From: Gekko japonicus
Taxonomy: Eukaryota
Length of the DNA: 64,000 nt
NCBI RefSeq assembly: GCF_001447785.1
Contig: NW_015168690.1
Location: 332,669-396,668, forward strand
Direction: 5' to 3'
The position numbers and the translations under genes are program-made. Positions 1 through 11,200 of this stretch are shown here, piece by piece. The notes under the pieces are model-generated. The model was not told where the DNA came from, ran no database searches, and saw only the letters and a list, made by a program, of their open reading frames with translations. How positions within the stretch are numbered: position 1 is the stretch's first letter; every line of letters begins with the position of its first letter.

Positions 1-78
1 ACCTTCGTACATTTGTAAAGAGATGGCTTTTTTGCTGTGTTTTCCCAATGGGCAACAAGCACATTAATGTAGAAGTAT

Positions 79-398
79 GCGGAGGTGCAGTGGCTCAGTG
101 GTTAAGACGCTGAGCTGCAAGCTGGCAGGTCAGTAGTTCAGCAGTTCGAGACCCGAGTGCCGCATGGCGGTGTGAGCTCCCGNNNNNNNNNNNNNNNNNN
201 NNNNNNNNNNNNNNNNNNNNNNNNNNNNNNNNNNNNNNNNNNNNNNNNNNNNNNNNNNNNNNNNNNNNNNNNNNNNNNNNNNNAGTCTTGCCGGCCACAT
301 GACCACAACAACGTCGTCGGACAGTGCTGGCTCTTGGGCTTTGAAATGGAGATGAGCACCGCAACCCTAGAGTAGGATTCAACTGGGAAACCTTTACC
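79..398 (+). mobile_element. Sauria SINE (interrupted by N gap)
   Basis: tRNA-like head (gtggctcagtggtta...gttcgagaccc), body matching 41636-41862 and 55257-55481, ACCTTT tail. Confidence 0.8.
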
Positions 399-487
399 TG
401 GGTTATGAATTATTGGAGAGGCTGGATTATGTATCATGAATTATCTGAGGGGTACGGGCTGTGGCTCAGTGGTAAGGTTGCCAACTC

Positions 488-845
488 CACAGTCACCCTG
501 TGAGGTAGGTGGGGCTGAGAGAGCTCTTGACAGAAATGGCTCTTTTTCAAGAACAGCTGTGCCAGAGTTATGGCTTGCCCAAGGTCATCCAGCCAGGTGC
601 AAGTGGAGGAGTGGGGAATCAAACCCGGTTCTCACAAACTCCTTTCCCTTCCCCTCCCCACAACAGTCACCCTGTGAGGTAGGTGGGGCTGAGAGAGCTC
701 TTGACAGAAATGGCTCTTTTTCAAGAAGAGCTGTTACAGAATTATGGCTTGGCCAAGGTCATCCAGCCAGGTGCAAGTGGAGGAGTGGGGAATCAAACCC
801 GGTTCTCCCAGATTAGAGTCCGCGCACTGAACTACTACACCAAAC
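488..845 (-). mobile_element. MIR/CORE-like SINE with ~174-bp tandem duplication
   Basis: cagtcaccctgtgaggtagg...aatcaaacccggttctc present twice (~490-632 and ~663-808). Confidence 0.65.
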
Positions 846-1018
846 TGGAGATTTGGGGGTGGAAGACAGGAACCTCATTGGAGTACAATGCCATAGAGTC
901 CACCCTTCAAAGCATCCATTTTCACCAGGGGAACTGATCTCTGTAGAGTGGAGATGAGCTGTAATTCTGGGGGGTTCCCAGGTCCCACCTGGAGGCTGGC
1001 ATCCCCAGCACAGGGCTC

Positions 1019-2134
1019 TGTACAAATTACCTTGCATGTTGTTCCTGCTCAGGAAAGGAGATACCAGGAAACCCGGAATTGTCAAATCTAGGGCAAGAGA
1101 AGGGGTTTAAACGCCCCCCCCCCCAGAGAGCAAGCTGCCCGAAGGAGCGTTTCTAGGAGGGATTTGGGAGCGAACGTTGGACATTAACGTCAGACTGAGG
1201 AACTCGAAAGGCTGAGGGGAGAGAGCAGCCTGCACTGCCAAAAACTGCAGAGGGGAAGGGATCTCAAGTCCACCACCTTCGGCTGCAGTGCCATCTTGGG
1301 GGGGACGTTTCAGGGCTGAGATGATAAAAATGGAGAATCTCCAGACCTTTTTTTAAAACTCCCGGCACAAGAGACAAAGTCCACCAATCAGAATGCTGAA
1401 GTAGTGTCACATGCTGCATCCTCTCCCCCATTGTTACGAAATAACGAACTAACGATACAGAGCATGCGTACAAAAAAATAATAATAAAGGGGTGGAAGGA
1501 GGGAGGTCGGATGGGAGGGGTTGGAGACCAAGGGGCGGTGGTGTGAGGATGTCGAGTGCAGGAAGCCACTCCCCAAGGCTTTCATGCGAAATTGAAAGTC
1601 CGCGGCACACACGGGGCAGACTGGCTTGAAATCCTTTCACTGTGAAATCGACAAATTTGCTACGGGGCAGGAAACTCCAGCGGAAATCAGGCGCAAGTGC
1701 TTCGTGAGAAATCGCCCTGAGTATTTTGTGCATAAAGAGCAGCAAAAAATGGGGGAATAACTCTGCCCCCATGCTGTATTAGCACAGGTCCCTTCCCCCC
1801 CACCAGTAGAGTTCCAAGCCCATTTAGGCTCTTTATTTTTTTAAAATGATTCCCCACAGCTGCTGTGAGGCTGTGGGGAACCCGAGTTTTAAAACTCTTT
1901 AGAACCTTAAATGAATAGTTTAGACCTCTGAGCCTATAATGAAGGAAGGCCTTCCTGACTTTGGGATTACTCAATATCTTTTATCATTGGCACAGTTTTG
2001 TTCAAAACTCCCATTTTTTTATCCCTTGTTTCCCCTCCCCCCCTTTAAATAAAAGCTATATTCATTTAAGCTGAAGTGTGGGTTTTGAATGGGGGTATCC
2101 GTAATGTTGTGACTAGTAACCTGGCCCTTTTACA
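1019..2134 (+). mobile_element. Solo LTR, CpG-rich
   Basis: TGTA...TACA termini, flanks gctc/gctg, AATAAA at ~2048; 3' end similar to 59820-59908. Confidence 0.55.
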
Positions 2135-2151
2135 GCTGAACAGGTTTGCAA

Positions 2152-4432
2152 CTTTTTAATTTTTTTAACTGTTTATTTATTATTTATAACATAGTATACA
2201 CACTACATAATTAATTCATATATATATATGTGAGTCACTTTTTTTTAGCATTGTCTTGTCTAAGCATCCATACAGCTTCTTCCATCTTTTTTCAAATACA
2301 TCATATTCTTTCCCTTGCAAAAGTAAACTTAATCTATCCATTTCTGCCAGTGACATTTTTTCTATAACTTCTTCCTTGGAGGGAATTTTTTCTCCTTTCC
2401 AACATTTGGCTAATAATATTCTTGCTGCAGTTAAAGTGTAAATTATTAGATACTTGTTTTCCTTGCTATAAGTATTTGGAAGAATAATAGTGCTACTTCT
2501 GGTAGAAAGGGTATATCTATCCCTAAAATCTCTTTTAGTATTTTAAATATTTTAGACTAATACTTTTGAATTCTTTCACATCTCCACCACATATGTATAA
2601 ACGTACCAACATTGTTCTTACATTTCCAACAATTCTTAGTGATATTGCCATAACATTTTGATATCTTGTTAGAGAATGAACTTGATATTTTGCTTTATGG
2701 ACTATATTGCTACACACAATGGACTGTGCACACACACACATAGTCTCAGAGAACTGTACATTTCAAGTCACCTGTTGTGATGTAACACATAGAAGGTGCC
2801 TGCACAAGCCTTACACGTAAATAAGGTTTAAGCTACACAGTTACTAGCCTGGTGAAGAAGCACACACCTCCATTATTGTGAGCAGTAAGAAACAACAACT
2901 TGAGAAGAGACAGCCCCCATTGCAGATCTAGTTGTGATCACAAACGACACATCACTGCTTTGTTCCTGCATTGGTATTTCCTGCCAAATGGACATTTGGT
3001 TTACAATGGAATGGCCAGCTTCATCAACACTTCAATGAAGCATCCTGACACCAAGGTTTTCACACCTGCCCAGATGCCATTCTTTGAGTAAGGTATTAGA
3101 TTTCAATATTGGCCACACCTGTTAGGTAACCACCCCTCCCTATAGGTACCCAATAGGATTGTTTTTGGGACGAACTAACAGGTAGGTGGGCCAGGAGGTT
3201 GGCACGGCCACCACCCACCTCCTGGATCCCCGGATAAAAGGAGAGAACCAGTCACATGGTCTCTCTCTCTCTCCTACTTGATCAACTAGCATCTCCCCTG
3301 CAACAACCCCTCCTGTCTGCTTTTTACTCCTCTTAAGTCCCACTTGCTATCCCCAACCCTTGCCTCCACTGCCCACACATTCTGGCTGGTTCTGGTCGTG
3401 TGTAAATTCCCTTAGTTTTCCATTTCTTCCCCTCTATTCTTCATTGGAACAACCAACTTGCAAGACAGATAAGTATTGCCCACCATCACCCTACCTGCTA
3501 ATGCAACAGTGCTTATTTAATACTGTATTTCTAAGGAACTTGATTGAATGTGTGAGTGCATCAGTACTGTTTGTATGAGATTTATTTTCTTAAGTAAAAG
3601 ACATTTATTTTAACAACAGCCTCGAATCCTTCTCTGGTAACCCTTGGTGGGAACAGGACCTTGATATAGTTGGCAAGGACCCATTTATAAATTTCCAATT
3701 GCTGTAAATAAAGCAATTCGGCTAACAATCTTATCTGGTGTCCAGTGCCACCTATGAAACATCTTAAGTATATTCTCCTTGTATGGGATTGCTCTCAATA
3801 TTTTGAGCTCCATATTTTGGACCATTGCTCTATCTCTATCGTATGTTATAGATCTTTCATCCATGATATCATAACCCCTTTTACAGTTTTATCTACTAAA
3901 TAATCCGATAATAAGAAATTATACAACTTTTGTATTTGTTTATCATTTGAGAGCCAAATCTTATCAAGTTCATTATTACTATCATAGAATCCTAATTTTT
4001 GTATTTATTGAGTCTTGATATTAATTGAATATTGTCCTACCAAGTAAGTCTTAAATTCTGTATTTTCAGTTCTTTGTCAGATTTTAATTTATTGTCCTTA
4101 TTTAGCAAGTCATTATACGTGACTTTCTTATTTTTATCCATCAATGTCAATTTTGTGCTAGCCTCGATAGGCGCTACCCATTTTGGAATTTTGGAATAGT
4201 AAACCTTTCTAGTTTCTTTCCATATTTTCATGGAAGGTCCTCTTGATGTGTGAGAAGTATTCTTTATGTTTTTGTCTTCATCATACCATACATATTTATT
4301 CCATCCCATTGTTAGATTAAATCCTTCTAGATTTAATAGCCTAGTATTTTCCAATATTATCCATTCCTTGATCCAAGTCAAAGTTGCTGCTTTATAATAT
4401 AAATCCCAATTAGGCAGGCTCAAAACCTACCA
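2152..4432 (-). mobile_element. L1/Tx1-clade LINE 3' fragment (ORF2 C-terminus), interrupted by a solo LTR
   Basis: ORF 4037..4423 LPNWDLYYKAATLTWIKEW; WYxxP and HxWWxC-like motifs; T-rich tail at ~2152-2185. Confidence 0.8.
2667..3727 (+). mobile_element. Solo LTR family A copy 1
   Basis: TGTTAG...CTAACA termini, 4-bp TSD ATCT/ATCT; homologous to 37123-38191. Confidence 0.9.
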
Positions 4433-5108
4433 ATCTTAAGGAAAACCAAATATCTCCAAGAAATGGAAAAAACTTGTAGTAACTTCATATGGAACAATAA
4501 AAGAGCAACAATCAAATGAAAAGTTATGCAGGATAAAAAAGAAAGAGGGGGTCTTGGTCTGCCCTTGCAACTTTTTTAGAACAGCTATCAGAATAGCCAC
4601 ATCCATAGTACTAAAGCCAACCAAGATGACCCCTAGCAGGCTTGTATAATACAACATCTGCAATAAATATCTGCAGCAATTGTGTCACACAAAGTGTGGA
4701 GCCAAAATGATGTGAAAATGTGAGACACATGAAGGGATCTTTGCAGGGTAGGTGTTTTTTTGGGTTTTTTTTAAAGATCCCAGTGTTTGTGGAGCAGCTA
4801 TATGGGGCCTATTTGGATTGTGGCCCTTATGTTGGAAGACAGGAGTTTCAACCCTTCTTCTCCTGCATAGTTTTACAGAAACCCCCTTGCTGGGTTTGCA
4901 TTGGCTGCAAATTGACAGAACTTTACACACATATATTTGAAACCCTCTCCTTTTTGTAAGTCACTTTGGGTCCCTCCAGAAGAAACTGGCCTTAAAATGC
5001 TTGCTTAAAAAAGAAGCAAATAAAGTTGACTTATGCAATAAAAGCAAAATCTCAGAAAGAGAAATCATCCAGGTATTCTTTTATCATACAAATCTATGCA
5101 TTTACCAT

Positions 5109-5263
5109 TCAGTCTAAGTCTGATCTTAATGACTTAGAATATATTTTTCTCCTTAATAAGCTGGTTTTGTCAGGATACACAGTGACAGAGCCACATCTGA
5201 ATGGTTCCTTCATCTTGCTTTGGCTACCATCTACGTCTGACAGTTCTCTGGATCTGTATGGTG
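5109..5263 (-). CDS. TPR gene exon 9 with stop (SPYRSRELS...KEPFRCGSV...LRSDLD*)
   Basis: Acceptor ctcctattattag, phase 1 match, TGA at 5111-5109 followed 3 nt later by gtaaat. Confidence 0.75.
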
Positions 5264-8200
5264 CTAATAATAGGAGTAATTGAATTAGAGGGGGAAATGA
5301 CAGTTTTTTTTAATGCATCTGACAAAGTAGGTTTTTGCCTATGGCAGGTCATCTCATAGTTTTTAATATGCCACAGATCTGTGCAGGTATTTTCTAACCT
5401 CCTCCCCCAGTCTTTCTATGCTAGAATCACAGCTCTAGAGGAAGGAAGTATCTTAGAAAAGACAGGTGTTCTCTCTCAGAATGTGCTTCCTAATGAAGAT
5501 AGGAAGCTACTAAATGCCTGAACACTGGTTGGTCATCAGTGAGTAGATATGAAACAATCCTCCACACATGTGAACTTTAAGAATCAGAAGAATTGCACAA
5601 AGGCAGCAGATTCTTGAAATAAGTATAATGTCTGTTTCTGCTCTGAGTAATTAAGTTTTCTGGAAAGCATGCAACAAAAGTTACGCTTTCTGAATTGAAA
5701 TTGCTATGAGCACTGCAAATTAAAGAAGGAGGGTGCATTCTGAACAATTTACTGGCAGATTGCAGGCAATAACAGAAGGAAGCAAACCTTGCATGGGGGA
5801 GGGGGGACAGTTGAATAGAGCAATATGCTTTGTGCTTGGAAATAAAGTGGCTTGTATCCAACAACACAATTCCAAAAAGGATATCTTCTTTGTAAAAAGT
5901 GAGGGTGATTTACACTGATTCCCTCTCCTACTTTGACCCCTGTGCCATTGCAGGAACTGACACTCAGAAACAAAGTCTGCTCTGTGACTGGATCTCATTG
6001 GCTACAAATCAGTGAACTGATTTCTTTAGTAAGTTTCAATCATGCCATATCAACTAAGCAGAAAACTATAAATAAATTAAGTACAAAGACACAGAACAGC
6101 AAAAGCATAAGTTTCACAGACATTCATAGTTCTTACAATAAGATGACTTGGTACGGAATGTTGCTCCAGAAAACAGGTTGGCATCAGTGACAGTGTGAAA
6201 AGCATTTAGACTCCACAGGTATCTATAAAATATTTATCAGAAGAAAATAATTTTAACAGAATGTATGCATTGTGTTATTAATACATGTCTACTTTGACTT
6301 TCCACATTTCCTATTTGGGCAATTGCTTTTAATAGCTTTAGTCACACATCCCAAAAAATGTATCATTTCAGAAGATAAACAGTATTCCTACCCAAACATA
6401 GACAGAAAAAAATCCATAGGTCTGTGTTGTGTCTACAGATTATTCATATCCTACTTTAGCTGCCTTGAAAGTGGATCTAGCACAAAAATCCAACTCATGA
6501 CATGTACCCAAAATAATTCCCTCTGCAATGGCGGAGCTTGAAGATATGTCACTATTAAGACTTTACAAGAGGGGGGCTGTGAGACTCATGAGGGGGATAT
6601 CCCATCTCCCCCCCCCATCGCTGAGCCTGGTGCAGCTCCAGGCTTCACCGCACACCTTGGAGCCTGGCTGCAGTGGTGCTGGTGTCTGGGAGCCACTCTG
6701 AGCCTGGAGCATATCCTGTCGTAGCTGCCACTGCCAGTCCCAGAGCATCTAACAGGGTCTGCTGCCACCATGGCTGGGTATGGAGTGGCTCCTGGCATCT
6801 GCCACAGATGGACCTGGAGCTGCTCCCAGCATCCGCTGCTGCAGTGGATGGGCTCAGAGTGGCTCATTTTGTTTGCTGCTAGCACAGCAGACTCCTGGCA
6901 TTTTTCATTGTCAGTGACTCCTGGTGTCTTTCACCACCAGCTCTCCAGATTTATGGTAAGTGTGTTGTCTGCACGTACAGATGCTACTTTATCGGGGGGG
7001 GGACTTAAACCCCACGTTGTGTGTATTTTTAAGTTTTCAGATTTTTCTGCAAGCCTGGGGAGTCCCCCAAGTTAGCAGAATTGTCTGTTTGTGGTAAGTG
7101 TGGCCCCAATCCACAGATTTAGCTATCCACTGATGGGGGGGCACATTTGAGAAACAGATATATAGATTATGTCCTATTGATTCCTTTGCCGGAGAACGCT
7201 TACCAGCTCAAGGAGAAAAAATAATAGGGCTGGGAGTAGTTGGGAAAGGCAGAGTTTCAGAGAAATCTTATGCTCCTGTGCAGTTCATTCCTTCCCTTAC
7301 AACGGCATAACATTACTTGTGTTAAACAAAGGCACTCACCAGCACACCAGTGGAAAGGATGTTCTTCACCCTGGCAAGTGCCTTTTAACAAAGAAAATTT
7401 CTGCACTGTATTTTTAGATCTTTGCAGCACTACTTTGTAGTTCTGTTTTCAGTACTGAAAAGCAAGTTTGTCTTAATGCTGCAGTTGGCTTTAGGTACCT
7501 TTTCTGCTTCTGTTCCCCTCCTGATAGTTTCTCCCTCAGAAAGGAGTTTGGGAAAGGGGAGAGTAAGGGGTTGGGGTGGGACTGAAACAGAGAGAGAAAG
7601 ACAATTTTTCATTGCTTTTGTGCTATCTAGAAGGTATGAACAAAAAATTACTTCTAAAAACCAAGGCCCTTCCTGCATGGACAACCTATTCCTCATTTTC
7701 TGCACAGTCAATCCTCAAGCCATAGATTTGGCTTGTCAGCATTCTTTCCACACCTTGTTATTGGTGTGTGGTCAGTTTATTTTCTTCCTCATATGCCCCA
7801 AATAATCCAGATTGTCAAGAGAGTCTGCTGTCATCAGCGCTGTCATCATCAGTGACATCACATTGCCACTGTTCCCCCTTTTTTGTGTGTGTGCTACTGC
7901 AATGCATCAATGTAATGCTTAAAAAACAGCCTTCTCCTTATACATTGTGAGGTGATTGAAAAGGGGTCTTCCCACCTTGAATTTTGATTGTCTGGGGTGG
8001 TGGTGGTTGGTTGTATGGTGTGGTGATTCATTGATGTTATTTCTTCGTTCACTTTGGAGAACTGATGTATTGGATTTTGGTTTCATTTTTCCTGAGTGGA
8101 TAAACAATCAGTGTGGTATGGATACGGATACTGATATGGTGGCTTGAGTACTAGTGGTCATGTCTTTATGCTCAGTCTGAGCAGCACTGTCAGTGCTCGC

Positions 8201-11200
8201 TTCTGGTTTCTGCGAAGGATATGTTCCAGAAAAAGGGCTCTGTCTTGGTTGTGGCCATCCACCATTGCATGTGGAATAGCTCTGGAAGGAAACTCGCTCA
8301 AGTTTTCTCATTAGACAAGGCTGCAATGGGATATGCTGGAAGACACATGTATTCCCCATTGCTATTGGGTCTGCCTTTGGAGCCCAGACTAGTGGGAGAA
8401 TTTTGTGCTTGAAGTGTGGCATGATGAGCAGTGGATGGGCCAGTTTTCAGATGGCCTGGCAGACTTTTATGGAAACAATTTCAGCCCTAAGCAGGAGGCT
8501 ACTGCAGGATAGAGGCACCATGCAAGAGCCAATCTCGGTGAAGAAACAAGTTGCAGTAGCCTTATGGTACCTAGCAAATGCAAACTGCTACAGGGAAGTC
8601 CAGGAGCAGTTCAGTGTGGGACTCTCAACAGTTGGCAACATCATTCTTTCAGGTCTACGTCGCCTTGGAGCTTGAGCTGTATAGAAAAACTCTATGCCTG
8701 GGAAACCAAGTCACAAAGGTTTTTTGTTGTTTAACACATATGCCTCCTGAAATTGATAGTGCACTATAATTACTAAGTAATGGTTATAGTTCTCTGTTAA
8801 TGAAAGTATTGTTCTTGGTTACAAGGGTTGCTCTTATGCTTTTATGGTTTTTAATCTCTCCTTTCAGATAATAGATCACTTTGCATGTTTGTGGTTCCCA
8901 CACTGCACTGAAGCAACTGACAGGACACACATACCTATACAGTCACCAGGAAGGATGATTGACCACTATGGCAACAGAAGAAATTCTGCTCCATCTTCCT
9001 CCAGGGAATCATGGATCACACTGGTCCATTCATTGACACAGAGGTCAGACAGAGCAACAAGAACAATGATGCCTTTTGTCTTTTGCAGCTCTGAATTCTG
9101 TGCAGGAATGGATGCAGAATTCTAGGGAACCCCACCACCACTCTGGAGGATATATCTGTGCCAGAACTGGGCTTTATTGGGGGAACAGGAACAAGCGCCA
9201 GAGGAACTTTGATTACATGCTTTGTAGGGTCAGAAATGTTGTTGAGCATGCCTTCGGCTGGTTTAAGGTGCAATGGTACTACTTTCTGGCATGCCTCACC
9301 ATCTTTGAGGAGAACACAACATTTCTGGTCACAGCCTGCATTATTCTACACAACCTCTGTGTAGAGAAGGGACAGCAGAGGGATATGACATACCGACCTC
9401 CAAAGCAGGATGCTTAATGCATGAAATTCAGAGAGCTGAGAGGTTAAGAGTTAATGCCTCACTGTGAAGCACAGGTTGATTGACAGGCTGCTGCCTGCAT
9501 GCACCCCCTTCTCTCTGATTGGTCAGCACCAGCTGAGGTGAGCTTTAAGTACAGCTGAGTGCTGAGGAAAAGGATCTTTTTCTGTCTTGCTTTCTCTCCA
9601 GCATGTCAGAAGTCAGACAAGTGGAGTTAGTGTGTCTGTCGGAGGGAAACAGACAAGTTCACTTGTGAAGTGAAGGGACACAGCTCCTTGTCCTTACTGA
9701 GGAAAAGTTCCAAATAAGAACTTTAGTCTAAGCTGTAATAAGTTGTAATAGCAGGAGATCTCCAGTCACCGCCTAGAGGTTGGCAATTCTCTCCCAATGC
9801 ACCAGGCAGAACACAACAGGAATGGAGCGCATGAAAGGAAGGTTCTGCAGCAGCACTTCCTGGGCACAACGGAAATGAAGGAAAAGGAGGAATAAAATGA
9901 CCATGCCCATCCAGGGGTGAAACCCGGGTGCAGACGGCCTTGTTAATCTTGTTGAAGGATCAGGAGAACCTTGAGTTGCAGGCTGCAAATGACAGCTAAC
10001 AGTGAAACAACAGATGTAAATTATCTTGCTGTTCAGGCAACAGGGAATGGGACTTGGATCTTCATCATCCGGCAAGGCTGCTGATCCCTAAATGCTGTAA
10101 TGTCACCTGAAATTTAAAAATGACCATGTATCAATGCCTTCGACTAGTGGGTGCCATTGTGCCTTGTGAACCACAGTACTTATAGCCAATGTTCCCTCTA
10201 AGCTGTGGAGTCTTGTGAGCAAAAAGTCTACTTTGTGAGCTACTGGCATTGAAGTTGTGAGCCAGTGATTTGGCTGCTGCATAAATTAGCTTGCTCTGGA
10301 GCCATCCTTCCTGAGCAAAGACAAAAATGTGTGAGCCAGAGGCTAAAAAACTATGAGCTAGCTCACACTAACTCAGCTTAGAGGGAACACTGCTTATAGC
10401 AAAAGTTTTTTCCTGAAGAGAGAGAAGCCACAGTAATGCACCAGCCAACAGGGCATAGGCCTGCTTGAGTTCTCCCTCTCAGCATACAGTTCGAATTCCC
10501 TTCTTTTGAATTATTTCCCCCTCCTTTGTGGGACTTTCTGCCACCAGTAGAGCATAAGGAGGCAGTGTTATATCACTGTAGAAGAGAAGTGGCATTATTT
10601 TGCTATTAAAACAGTAGTATAATTAATGGGAGGGAGGGGCATGGGATGACTGAAATGGCCAGTGACTCAGGAAAGTTACCTTGGTGCATCCACTCCATGA
10701 TTCTTGTCTTATTGAGGCCCTCCACGTCTGAAGGAGTGCTCTCCACTGTTGTGGGTATATTCTCATTAGTGCCTGAAGGGATAGAACACAGGGAAATCAC
10801 TCATAATTCCTCAAAGTCCTGCCAGAGTGAGGGGAGGGGAGAGAGCAATACTCACATCTATTGGTATGGAGCAACGGATGTTGTCAGGGCTGATAGTCAC
10901 CAGATCATGTTTAAACAGCTCCTCTGAATCTGGCTTTTCTTCACATAAAATGCAGCAGTGGAAAACATGGGAGATAAATGGTGCCTCTTTGGGGAAAGGT
11001 TTTTCTGCAGTGTTCAAAGTTTCTGCCCAGAGGCAGATGCACTGTGATTCGATACAACAGTTTTCCCATGGTGATTCTTGCATCAGTTGCAGATAAACGT
11101 GCATGTCCAAGAATCACCATTTGTGTAGCCCAGGAAAAGGAGCTGTAGGAAGGAAAAGAAAATGGCACATTTTTTCTGACAACAACATGGCACATGTGTT

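Noticed and set aside
7340-7454. Exon-like segment (ttttcag...gtgagt) in intron 7
   Set aside because: Stops in all three frames
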